A program made the translations under genes and the position numbers. This document shows, piece after piece, positions 8,530-17,588 of a stretch of 64,000 nucleotides of DNA. The notes under the pieces are model-generated. The model ran no database searches, was not told the DNA's origin, and saw only the letters and a program-made list of their open reading frames with translations. This DNA comes from Candidatus Poribacteria bacterium. GTDB taxonomy: Bacteria; Poribacteria; WGA-4E; PCPOR2b. The DNA lies in the NCBI GenBank assembly GCA_965116925.1, contig OZ220744.1:6048001-6112000 (forward strand), read 5' to 3'. The stretch's first letter is position 1; each line of letters opens with the position of its first letter.

Positions 8530-9366
8530 TTATACCCCGGTTGCGAACAAATCCAAAACAGGCTCCTCTTCTGTTTTCTGAATTAGATATTTTCCTGATT
8601 CAATACGGTCGCGTGCAAATTTATAATATGCAGGAACGATCTCAAACCCTATGTAATGTCTTCCCTTCATTTTGCTCACTACAGCAACTTGTCCAGACCC
8701 TAAAAATGGATCTAAAACAACATCCCCTTTTTGGCTGGAATAATCTAGAATTTTCTCAATGAGTTCAGCTGGCAATTTAGTTGGCGTTTTGACTGCACCT
8801 TGCCAATATTCTCTCTTAATTTCCCAGACATCTTCTTTGTCTTTATAGTGTGCAGAGCTACCGTTTTCAGTCTTGGCATCCTTATCAAATCGGCGATAGG
8901 GATAAAACTTCCGCTTCCTATCGTTTTTGCACAAAAAAAGACAGTGATAGTGAGAGGTTACATACTTACGCTTGGTAACGACACCAAACTGATATTTCCA
9001 AATCAGGTGATTAACCGTCGTAAGATTGCATTGATCAATAGCGATTAAAAGGTCTTTTAGGTGATTCCAGCCAGAAAAGATATACATGCTGCCAGAATCT
9101 TTTAACACTCGCGTCGCAGCAGAAAGCCATTCAAGTGTGAATGTGGAATAATCGTCTGCTTCAATCTCATTGTAGCCTTGCAGAACTCTATCCCCTGTCC
9201 GGTTGTAGTTATGTCGAGTGGCTTTGAACTCGATGGCAAAAGGGGGATCCGTTATGATAAGATCCACACACTCATCCGGCATTTCGGACATCAACTTAAT
9301 ACAGTCTCCTTGTCTGATAGTATCAATGTACTCAGGACAATATGTATTTGCTTGATCTTGTGCCAT
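8530..9366 (-). CDS. Beta-class N4-cytosine/N6-adenine DNA methyltransferase (orphan)
   Basis: Motif IV DPPF precedes motif I DPFLGSG; GDCIKLM, IGFEI. Confidence 0.92.
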   Translation of the reverse strand: MAQDQANTYCPEYIDTIRQGDCIKLMSEMPDECVDLIITDPPFAIEFKATRHNYNRTGDRVLQGYNEIEADDYSTFTLEWLSAATRVLKDSGSMYIFSGWNHLKDLLIAIDQCNLTTVNHLIWKYQFGVVTKRKYVTSHYHCLFLCKNDRKRKFYPYRRFDKDAKTENGSSAHYKDKEDVWEIKREYWQGAVKTPTKLPAELIEKILDYSSQKGDVVLDPFLGSGQVAVVSKMKGRHYIGFEIVPAYYKFARDRIESGKYLIQKTEEEPVLDLFATGV

Positions 9367-9454
9367 ACATCTTCCTTTTAGAAAATGTCCGATAAGCCGT
9401 CTTAACGTTCAATACAAGTCCATCTACCCACCTACGTTTTTTTTTATCTCTGTC

Positions 9455-10915
9455 TCACTCTCGCCTTAACCGGATGCGCTGCGGTCGTGAAACCGGGCGG
9501 GGTTGTTGGCTTAACCGCTTCAGTAGGTCCTCGACTTCTGCATCGTAAGTGTCGAAGGGATCCTTCATCTCAAAGGGTTCTTCATGCGAAAAATAGATCT
9601 GGTTCCAATCAATGATACACGGCAGGCGGTGTTGGGATAGATAACGCATTACATAGGAGCGGGCTTTTGCCCTTGTATTTTCGGGAGCATTCCGGATAGC
9701 TGCCTCAATCTGTTCGTCCGTCGTAACCCGTCTCACATGTCCTTCGCGCTCAAGTTCGTAAAACAGTCCCTTCTCGCGGTTAAGATGGTGGTACTCAAGA
9801 TCAAGACTCTCGATCCACGGGTCGTCCCACGCCAACCCCTCCTCCTCCATAAAAGCCTCAAGCAGCCACTTCTTCGTTACCCAATCGACGCGATCGATTA
9901 AAAGTTCCGGATCCGCTTCCAAGTCGTCCAAGACCGATTCCCACTCGGTTAGAACCCAATCTGTGTCTTCATCTCTGCCCTTCAGGACTTTCTGTGCGAG
10001 ATCGAGGTATTCACGTTGTAGGTCTATCGCTGAAATAGTGCCGCCGGATTCCAGTTCGACAATCCACTGGAAGGTCTGATCGCGCGAGACCTCTTTGATC
10101 GCGTGCACTGGATTGAGTAAACTCATATCGCGGGGGCGATGCCCTGCCTCAAGCAGATCAAGTATCAGAGAGGTTGTTCCAACCTTCAAAGCCGCCGCAA
10201 ATTCGGACATGTTAGAATCGCCGACGAGTAGATGGAGCCGTCGATATTTGGTGTAGTCGCCGAGGGGTTCATCTCGTGTATTGATAATTGCACGACTGAA
10301 CTGTATCCACTCGTAAATTTCCGTGACAATGTGATCCGCACGTTGAGAGATTTGGTAGCCAACAAAATCGTCGCGCCGATGGTGGGAATCCCCGAATTCG
10401 AGGATTTCTTCGTGTCCGCCGACGCGGCCCGCACCCGCATAAATCTGGCGTGTGACAAAGAACGGCAGCAGCGTGGGAATCACAACCTTGTAGAAGGGGA
10501 CGTCCCGCCGGAGTTGATAGTTTTCGTGACAACCGAAGGTCGCGCCTGTGAAGTGATCGATGTTGTTTTTGAAGAAGGAGATATCCTCCTTCAACCCAAC
10601 ATCGTCGAGGATGGTGATGATTAGCTGCTCGATGGCTCGGTCGTAAGCGATCAGATCGAAGAGGCTAACACACTCTGGCGTAGCATACTCAAGATGCCCC
10701 ATATCGATGTAGAGCCGCCCACCGTTGAACAGAAAACCACCATTGCCGGGCGGTTCGCCCCAATCTCGGTAGTGCATATCCGACATACCGAGTTTCAACT
10801 CGTGAAAGATATAGTCCCTCACAAGTGCGGCGGTCCCCTCCGAAGAGCCGAGGGAGCCATCCGAGTCAGCCATACATCCAAATTCAGTTTCGATACCAAA
10901 AATACGTCTGCTCAC
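9455..10915 (-). CDS. pafA: Pup/UBact-protein ligase PafA
   Basis: RIFGIETEFG, FLFNGGRLYIDMGHLEYATPE, FGCHENY, RAIINTRDEP, RRLHLLVGDSNMSE, DLEYH; no Dop loop. Confidence 0.92.
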   Translation of the reverse strand: MSRRIFGIETEFGCMADSDGSLGSSEGTAALVRDYIFHELKLGMSDMHYRDWGEPPGNGGFLFNGGRLYIDMGHLEYATPECVSLFDLIAYDRAIEQLIITILDDVGLKEDISFFKNNIDHFTGATFGCHENYQLRRDVPFYKVVIPTLLPFFVTRQIYAGAGRVGGHEEILEFGDSHHRRDDFVGYQISQRADHIVTEIYEWIQFSRAIINTRDEPLGDYTKYRRLHLLVGDSNMSEFAAALKVGTTSLILDLLEAGHRPRDMSLLNPVHAIKEVSRDQTFQWIVELESGGTISAIDLQREYLDLAQKVLKGRDEDTDWVLTEWESVLDDLEADPELLIDRVDWVTKKWLLEAFMEEEGLAWDDPWIESLDLEYHHLNREKGLFYELEREGHVRRVTTDEQIEAAIRNAPENTRAKARSYVMRYLSQHRLPCIIDWNQIYFSHEEPFEMKDPFDTYDAEVEDLLKRLSQQPRPVSRPQRIRLRRE

Positions 10916-10957
10916 TGTTTCGCCTCAACGACAAGTTGGGGTTTGTCCGTACTCATA

Positions 10958-11752
10958 TCAGAGCCAATCTGTGATCGCTGCATCAATCTCATCCGAGGTC
11001 AGAATACGAAACTTATTATTGCTTCGGCGCGAAGTTTCCAATACCGCCCCTTCGATTTCTCCTGCTTGCAATTCATCTCGAAGGACCGTGTGCAGTCGCT
11101 CTTTATCTATCGTCAGTTCCGAACCTTCGCTTGTTTCCTCATCTGAATCGGTTTCTGTTTCTTGCACTCCCAGCTCCCAGCCGACCACCCAAGTTTCCAG
11201 AGCTAACTGTAAAGCGGCGGTGAGCGAAGACTCGGACGCATCAGCACCAGATAGATAATTCTGCATCGCCGTTTCAGCTTCGTGGGTGCCAGCGATAACT
11301 TCTCTGTCTTGATTTGATTGCACTGTACCATCGTAGTTCAAGGCGATAAATCCATCCCCTTCACCGCGCGTACCAAGTTCTGCCAACAGCATTTTAATGA
11401 TGTAGGCGGAGCCAAAGATGGCTTCAAAGGATTGTTTGATAGTGGGCCCAAGCACGAAATTTGTCAGACGATGGAGGGTTACATCATCAACTGAGCTCTG
11501 AAAACCTTGTACGGACGCGGTGTCGGTTGCCATCATGCGCAGTCGTTCAACATCGGCACTATGCCCTATTGCTGAGAGCGCAATCCGGTCATGCACCTCA
11601 AAGATTTTACGTTGTCCACGTCCAATGGTCACAAGTAACAGCCCATCATCATATCTTAGCCCGACGACGGGACTCCCGCCGCGAAGTTGGTCTTCGATAT
11701 AGTCGCGGCGGTTATTAACGGCTTCAAGCCACCGATAAGGTTCATCTAGCAT
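10958..11752 (-). CDS. prcA: 20S proteasome alpha subunit
   Basis: GGSPVVGL, RKIFEVHDRIALSAIG; position between prcB and pafA. Confidence 0.88.
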   Translation of the reverse strand: MLDEPYRWLEAVNNRRDYIEDQLRGGSPVVGLRYDDGLLLVTIGRGQRKIFEVHDRIALSAIGHSADVERLRMMATDTASVQGFQSSVDDVTLHRLTNFVLGPTIKQSFEAIFGSAYIIKMLLAELGTRGEGDGFIALNYDGTVQSNQDREVIAGTHEAETAMQNYLSGADASESSLTAALQLALETWVVGWELGVQETETDSDEETSEGSELTIDKERLHTVLRDELQAGEIEGAVLETSRRSNNKFRILTSDEIDAAITDWL

Positions 11753-12551
11753 AAGTTGTTTCTACAGATTCAGCATAAATCTCTTGGAGTCTTTCGACAG
11801 AGAGATCTTGAATTCCGTCCTTTGTGATCGTTTTTACTGTTGGATAGATATTTGATTTCGGGTTATAGCCACTTGTCGCTGAGTCATATTCTGCAGCTGC
11901 ATCGAGTAGGCGCAAAACGGTAACGGTAGCCTCCTGTTCATCCATATCGGCAAGTGGTTTATCGCCCCAACGGTTCTGATATAACAAAATCCCACGGATC
12001 CACACAGAGCCGGATCCGGAGGTCGCAAAATCCGCACTCTCAAAATGTGCACCGAGCGCGTCGTAAAAGAAGATTTTGCCACCGTTTTCATCGTCGTTTT
12101 GCAAATCATAGATGGCATAGATGGGTATCACGCCCCCAATGCCTTGCAGCGTCATGGGCAAATTTTCACGGATTAGGCGGGAGAGTGTGCGCAGCTTGCC
12201 TTCGAGGCTCAACTCTTGAAGTTGGCTTCGGCGGAAATATTGGAACGAATGTTCGAGGACTCGCGCCATTTCATAAGCCATTGCAGGCGATCCTGCGATC
12301 GCAAGAACGGAGTGTTCGTCAATCTGGAGCAACTTTTCCGCGCGATCATACATGACAACATTGCCTGCTGTTGCGCGCCGGTCTCCGCCGATGAGGACAC
12401 CGTCCTTATAGCGCACGGCAAGGACGGTGGTGCCCTCTATGTCCTGAATGGGAGGCGAAGCCCCATTGGCGGCTGTTGCGGGCAGATCCAGTTGAATCTG
12501 GCAATCGTGCGCCTTCAAGAGGTCGAGGAAATCCCCCTTGTGATTTGTCAT
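11742..12551 (-). CDS. prcB: 20S proteasome beta subunit with propeptide
   Basis: IEG|TTVLA (catalytic Thr after a 41-aa propeptide), GDRRATAG, AEK, TSGSGS, DSATSG. Confidence 0.94.
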   Translation of the reverse strand: MTNHKGDFLDLLKAHDCQIQLDLPATAANGASPPIQDIEGTTVLAVRYKDGVLIGGDRRATAGNVVMYDRAEKLLQIDEHSVLAIAGSPAMAYEMARVLEHSFQYFRRSQLQELSLEGKLRTLSRLIRENLPMTLQGIGGVIPIYAIYDLQNDDENGGKIFFYDALGAHFESADFATSGSGSVWIRGILLYQNRWGDKPLADMDEQEATVTVLRLLDAAAEYDSATSGYNPKSNIYPTVKTITKDGIQDLSVERLQEIYAESVETTYAR

Positions 12552-12554
12552 GGG

Positions 12555-12752
12555 TTACTCACCTGTTCGTTGGCGATAACGCCGGGATTGGTCTTTATCG
12601 ACGCGCCGCATCCGCCGAACCAAATTTCTGGTGTCCGGTCTGGTGACATCCGGACGCTTGGGCCCATCATCGTCCCCACCGTCGCCTGGGCCTACGGGTT
12701 TCACCGGTCTTTGAATCCGATCGCGTAGATAAATCAAATGCTGTGCTGTCAT
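12555..12752 (-). CDS. ubact: Ubiquitin-like protein UBact (functional Pup analogue)
   Basis: 65 aa, low-complexity PGDGGDDDGP segment, C-terminus RYRQRTGE matching R[ST]G[EQ]; sits between dop and prcB; RBS ggagg. Confidence 0.9.
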   Translation of the reverse strand: MTAQHLIYLRDRIQRPVKPVGPGDGGDDDGPKRPDVTRPDTRNLVRRMRRVDKDQSRRYRQRTGE

Positions 12753-12788
12753 CGTAATAACCTCCTATAAAGAAATAGATTTAGGTGC

Positions 12789-14309
12789 TCACTTGCTAAA
12801 TTCTAAATTTTCAACTAACGCTTCAACCGACTGTGCCTGATCGAGGATGCGATTGTATTTTTCTGCCATCTCTGCATCCGCGAGTTGATTCATACTCACT
12901 GAGACGGTTTTTTTACCCTTTGTATTAAAGGTGACGTTATCCCATTGGATTGATTTAACTTGTGGACGGAATTTGTCCAATGATTTGCCTCGAAAATATG
13001 CGCGTGTATCAGCGGGTGGATTATGGATAGCGTTTTCAATCTGCCTATCGGTAACGAGGCGCCGCATCAATCCACCTGTTTCAAGCTCATAATATAACCC
13101 CGCTTCTTGATCGATGTTGTGATATTCAAGGTCGAGGCTCTGTAACCACGGGTCATCCCATGTAAGTCGCTCTTCGTCGATGAACGTTTCCAGCAGCCAC
13201 TTCTTGGCGACCCAATCCAATCGGTCTGTGAGATCCATCGGGTCCTTTTCGAGCCCGTTGAGAATAGATTCCCATTCGGTGAGGACCCAATCGGTATCAC
13301 CACTTTGTGGGTCGAGGTACTTTTGGGCTAACGCGAGATATTCTCGCTGCAAATCAATTGCAGAAATGCTCTTACCGTTGGCTAATTTGAATTGCCACTG
13401 ATAAGTCTGGTCGCGGGAGATTTCTTTAATCGTGTGGAGTGGGTCTTGCAAGGTAAACCAACCGGGTACGCGTTTCTGTTCAATAAGATCGATAACGAGT
13501 GCGGTTGTGCCGATCTTGAGTGCCGTTGCATACTCTGACATATTAGCGTCACCGACGATACCGTGTAGCCGGCGGTATTTTGCTGGATCCGCGTGGGGTT
13601 CATCGCGCGTATTCACAATTGGGCGGTTGTGCATGGTATCAACGCTGACTTCGACATGGAAGAAATCGGATCGTTGTGCGATTTGGAAAAAACCGGCGGA
13701 GGTCAATCCTGATTCGGTCTCGATTCCCACCTTCCCCGCCCCGGCAAAAATCTGTCGTGTCACAAAAAATGGCATGATACTCGCCTTGAGGTCATCAAAG
13801 GGGATAGCCCGTGACATTAGGTAGTTGTCATGGCAGCCGTAACTGTGTCCATGAAAGTCAGTGTTGTTTTTGTACAACAGGACACGTTTGCCCAATTTTT
13901 CGCTTCGCCTGACCGCACATTGCTGCAGTATCCGTTCTCCTGCTTTATCGTGGGCGACCAATTGAAAAAGGCTGCGACATTCTGGAGTGGAATATTCGGG
14001 ATGAGCATGGTCGTTGTATAAACGGGCACCATTGGTCAAAATCAGATCGCTTTTGATTTCGACGAAGGACAGATTTCGCTGCCGATCGGCTTCCTGATGT
14101 GCCCGCTCGTCGGGGTGTTCCTGTAAAGCTTTTGCGCGGAAGCCACGCTCGTCCTGGAACGGATCTTCGCCACTATAATCCCACAGTGGTCGAAAGTCAT
14201 CCTGCCGATAACTCTTAATCAATTCGACAGATTGGTTGACGGGATCAACGTGCTCTTCTGACTCTAGCGTGATTCCATATTCAGTTTCGATTCCAAAAAG
14301 TCTTTGCAT
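12789..14309 (-). CDS. dop: Depupylase/deamidase Dop
   Basis: RLFGIETEYGI, Dop loop WDYSGEDPFQDERGF, LYNDHAHPEYSTPE, YGCHDNY, RPIVNTRDEPHAD. Confidence 0.93.
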   Translation of the reverse strand: MQRLFGIETEYGITLESEEHVDPVNQSVELIKSYRQDDFRPLWDYSGEDPFQDERGFRAKALQEHPDERAHQEADRQRNLSFVEIKSDLILTNGARLYNDHAHPEYSTPECRSLFQLVAHDKAGERILQQCAVRRSEKLGKRVLLYKNNTDFHGHSYGCHDNYLMSRAIPFDDLKASIMPFFVTRQIFAGAGKVGIETESGLTSAGFFQIAQRSDFFHVEVSVDTMHNRPIVNTRDEPHADPAKYRRLHGIVGDANMSEYATALKIGTTALVIDLIEQKRVPGWFTLQDPLHTIKEISRDQTYQWQFKLANGKSISAIDLQREYLALAQKYLDPQSGDTDWVLTEWESILNGLEKDPMDLTDRLDWVAKKWLLETFIDEERLTWDDPWLQSLDLEYHNIDQEAGLYYELETGGLMRRLVTDRQIENAIHNPPADTRAYFRGKSLDKFRPQVKSIQWDNVTFNTKGKKTVSVSMNQLADAEMAEKYNRILDQAQSVEALVENLEFSK

Positions 14310-14321
14310 AAACGCTTCATC

Positions 14322-16073
14322 CTAAATCACGCTGCTCGCAGCTTTTCTACGAGTTGATTTCTCTGGACGGATTGGGGTCACTTTGACGACGTTCTCCGGA
14401 TCGTAATCGAGCAGCTTAAGCCAATCTTCGACGCTGTCTGTCGGGGGGAAGATGTCGTTCTCGCGGTATTCTGCCAATGCACCTTCCAATAGGTCTTCAA
14501 CCCGAATCCCAACCGCGTCCTCGGGGCCTTCTATTGCACGTTTGATTGCGGACTCTTTTGCGCGTTGAACAATGGAATCGACAATAGCACCACTACATAG
14601 ATCGCCACGGTACATAATATCGCGGCGACCACTTCGCAGGGCAACCTCTAAAAATTTGTTGCCTTCATCTCGCTGAAACAGTTCATCGCAGACCTGATCA
14701 ATGAGGTAAGAAACTGCTGCCTCTGCATCGCCCTTGTGGGCATCAAGGATTTCTGGATGGAGTGGTAAATCTGGTGTGAGATAAATGCGGAAAATCGCGT
14801 TCGATGCGTCTTTATCGGGACGGGTGACTTTAATCTTCCGATCAATTCGCCCGGGGCGTAAAATCGCGGGATCAATGAGATCCGGACGGTTCGTTGCAAG
14901 GATGATTACAACATCTTGCAACGATTCGATCCCATCCATTTCAGCGCAGAACATTGGGACGACGGTGTTGGAAATGTTATGGGAACGGAATGAACGGCGC
15001 GTCCCTAAAATCGATTCCGCTTCATCAATGAATACGAAAGGTAGATAACCTTCTTTACTCTTCTCGCGCGCTATCTGGAAGATTTCGCGGACTTTACGTT
15101 CCGACTCACCTAGCCACATATTCAAGATTTCAGGTCCTTTGATGTGCAGGAAACATCCTTCTACCTCGGCCCCTTCCTCTTCGCTCAACCGTTGCGTCAG
15201 ATTGTGCGCTGTCGCCTTCCCGATGAGTGTTTTCCCACACCCCGGAGGACCGTGCAAGAGAAAACCTTTTGGAGGCGCGTATTGGAACTTATCGAAGAGT
15301 TCCGGGTGTAAAATTGGTAATTCGATGGTATCTTTGATGAGTTGAATGGTATCGTCTAGTCCGCCCACTTTCGACCAAGGGAGGTCTGGCACGGCTTCGA
15401 GGTAGTAATCTTGTGCTTCTTGTACTTCTAGGCGTTCTAGTGCGACTTTGGAATTCGGGTCCATACGGATTTCGTCGCCGACTTTCAGCTTTGCGTTAGC
15501 TAAATCGGTGGAGCGTTGTAAAATAATTGATTGCAGTCCGGCTGGTTCGCCGCCAACGCGTAACCGACCATCAGGCATCAAATCAACGATTTTTGCAATC
15601 GATCCGGAGGTGTTATATCCCAACTCACCGACAATAACATAAGCATCATTGAGGAGCACGCTAAAACCGATCTTCAACGCTGCGGCATCCAGTTGTGGGT
15701 CAATATTCGCGTAGTATTCGGATCCACCTATAATAACATGGGCGACCTCCTTTTTCGGGAGGCCCAGCAGCGTCCCGATCCGATTTGCAGGGGAAGTCAA
15801 CTTTTCGATTGTCTCCTGCATTTCAACAATGGCTTCTCTCGCCTCCTGAAAGGTCATTTCGTCTTCCACAATCGCCCGCCGAAGTTGAAACAACAGCGGA
15901 CGCCGGCGATCGTCCTCGTGGGTCGCATAAATGAGCCGATCCACTAACATCAGGGAACGAGGGGTGCCCACCTGATCATCATCGGCTTCAATTTCGTCAT
16001 CAATGTCGTCAAATAGTCGGAAATCGTCTTCTGGTATCGTCTCACGGCGCCTTCTATCGTTCTGGTTGCGCAT
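14322..16073 (-). CDS. arc: Proteasome-associated AAA ATPase ARC/Mpa
   Basis: N-terminal coiled coil and OB region, GPPGCGKT, IKGPEILNMWLGESER, FIDEAE, ATNRPDLIDPAILRPGRID. Start set at MRNQND after gaggagg (the track starts at 16151). Confidence 0.94.
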   Translation of the reverse strand: MRNQNDRRRRETIPEDDFRLFDDIDDEIEADDDQVGTPRSLMLVDRLIYATHEDDRRRPLLFQLRRAIVEDEMTFQEAREAIVEMQETIEKLTSPANRIGTLLGLPKKEVAHVIIGGSEYYANIDPQLDAAALKIGFSVLLNDAYVIVGELGYNTSGSIAKIVDLMPDGRLRVGGEPAGLQSIILQRSTDLANAKLKVGDEIRMDPNSKVALERLEVQEAQDYYLEAVPDLPWSKVGGLDDTIQLIKDTIELPILHPELFDKFQYAPPKGFLLHGPPGCGKTLIGKATAHNLTQRLSEEEGAEVEGCFLHIKGPEILNMWLGESERKVREIFQIAREKSKEGYLPFVFIDEAESILGTRRSFRSHNISNTVVPMFCAEMDGIESLQDVVIILATNRPDLIDPAILRPGRIDRKIKVTRPDKDASNAIFRIYLTPDLPLHPEILDAHKGDAEAAVSYLIDQVCDELFQRDEGNKFLEVALRSGRRDIMYRGDLCSGAIVDSIVQRAKESAIKRAIEGPEDAVGIRVEDLLEGALAEYRENDIFPPTDSVEDWLKLLDYDPENVVKVTPIRPEKSTRRKAASSVI

Positions 16074-16496
16074 TGAACCCTCCTCAAACAGAATAGTCGG
16101 TCGTATTGGATGGTATTTCAGAATTAATTTCTTTTGCCGTTGGAGAAGCACGGGAAAATGTCCCTAAAAGAACGTCCCCAATATTTGAGAGTATTCAGCT
16201 GCTAACACCTTCTTGAATTAACAGGCTTCGTGAGATTGTAACGGTCATTGGAAAGAAAGTTGCATCAGACCGGCTAGAGCCTGAAGACCCAAAGCAGATG
16301 GAGAAATGGGTGAAAAATGGGAAAGTGCTAGCTGGCAAAAGTATGACATCTATCATATAGCTTGTCGTATAAGTGCATTTGTATTCTATCACATCGGTAG
16401 GCAAACATCAACACAAAAAGTAGCAAATCCTCATGAGAGTATTGCCTAGACATCGGAAATTTCTAACAAAAAAGCTGAATCAACTGTGCATAATTA

Positions 16497-16525
16497 TTGC
16501 CTTCCTCTTCTTATTTTGGTATAAT
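16497..16525 (+). promoter_or_regulatory. Sigma70-type promoter facing radC
   Basis: TTGCCT-N17-TATAAT with extended -10 TG. Confidence 0.65.
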
Positions 16526-16676
16526 CTGCCTTACAGTTTTCCATCATTAAGAATAGGTCGTTATTAATTCAAACCTACCGCAAAGACACTAAAGTACACG
16601 GAGAAAAGTGATAAAAGTTTTTTCTTTGCGTTCTCCGCGTTAAATGAACCAATAACCACCTATTGTGTTTTCCATC

Positions 16677-16784
16677 TATAGTGAATTCTAAAAATAAATA
16701 GACACTTTCGCCCCCCATGTTTGGTAGGCGCTGTTTCTAACTGCGCCGATTTGGAGTGTCTCATTAATTCTAAGGTCCACTATA
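16677..16784 (+). mobile_element. Miniature inverted-repeat element, shell family B (108 bp), with GTAG hairpin
   Basis: tatagtg...cactata ends, cargo gtaggcgctgtttctaactgcgcc; near-identical copy at 32870-32977. Confidence 0.85.
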
Positions 16785-16825
16785 ATAAGGATGGGATTCT
16801 ACAAAAGATCGCTATTAAGGATGGA

Positions 16826-17539
16826 ATGATGGAAACGACGGAATACCGGCTTCGGCTAAAAGACCTGCCCGAAGATGAACGACCGCTCGAAAGACTTTAC
16901 AAGTACGGTCCGCAGGCACTTAAAACATCAGAACTAATCGCAATTATTATTCGTACCGGAACGGGCACTGCAACAGTGGTTCAGGTCGCAGAGCAGCTGC
17001 TTCAGAAGTACGATGGCAACTTGAAGCGATTGGCAGATAATAGTGAGATACAGATTGCAGAAGGTATCAAAGGGATGGGCACTGTGAAGGTGGGCCAAAT
17101 CAGGGCAGCCTTTGAGTTAGGGCGGCGGATGGCGGCGTTTCTTGAAGAAAAACCGCAGATCGGTTCTCCCAGCGATGTTGTACATGTTGCGCGAATGGTG
17201 ATGCCTTCGATGCGAGATCTGCAACAGGAAGAGCTACATGTTTTTTGCCTTGACACGAAGAACTATGTGACCAAGCAGCGTCGTATCTTCGAGGGAAGCT
17301 TAAATGCGAGCATCATCCATCCCCGTGAAGTCTTTCGGTTCGCGATAGAGGAGGCGGCGGCATCAATCATATTGGTGCATAACCATCCCTCCGGTGATCC
17401 CGCACCAAGTCCAGAGGACATCCATGCGACAAAGCAATTGGTCGAGGCGGGGAAGTTGCTCCAGATTTCTGTGACGGATCACGTTATTATCGGGGACGGA
17501 TGCTATATCAGCATGAAGGAAGAAGGAATAATTTCGTAA
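16826..17539 (+). CDS. radC: RadC family protein (HhH + JAB/MPN+ domain)
   Basis: LPEDERPLERL, GSLNASIIHPREVF, HNHPSGDPAPSPED, DHVIIG. The track's upstream extension is translated repeat. Confidence 0.95.
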   Translation: MMETTEYRLRLKDLPEDERPLERLYKYGPQALKTSELIAIIIRTGTGTATVVQVAEQLLQKYDGNLKRLADNSEIQIAEGIKGMGTVKVGQIRAAFELGRRMAAFLEEKPQIGSPSDVVHVARMVMPSMRDLQQEELHVFCLDTKNYVTKQRRIFEGSLNASIIHPREVFRFAIEEAAASIILVHNHPSGDPAPSPEDIHATKQLVEAGKLLQISVTDHVIIGDGCYISMKEEGIIS

Positions 17540-17588
17540 CGCTGTATCACAAGCGTCCACAATTTACGATCAAATAGGAGATTTCAAT

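Noticed and set aside
16158..16360. Protein-like fragments on the plus strand (MSLKER.../IFESIQLLTPS*INRLREIVTVIGKK...) and the 69-aa minus ORF 16195-16404
   Set aside because: Needs a frameshift and a stop read-through, with no recognisable family. It may be a gene remnant but I cannot support a call.
16721..16825. N-terminal extension of radC in the ORF track (MVGAVSNCADLECLINSK)
   Set aside because: It is the translated family B repeat. ORFs 5528-5731, 20317-20627, 26128-26421 and 31749-31961 likewise overlap repeats and were not called.
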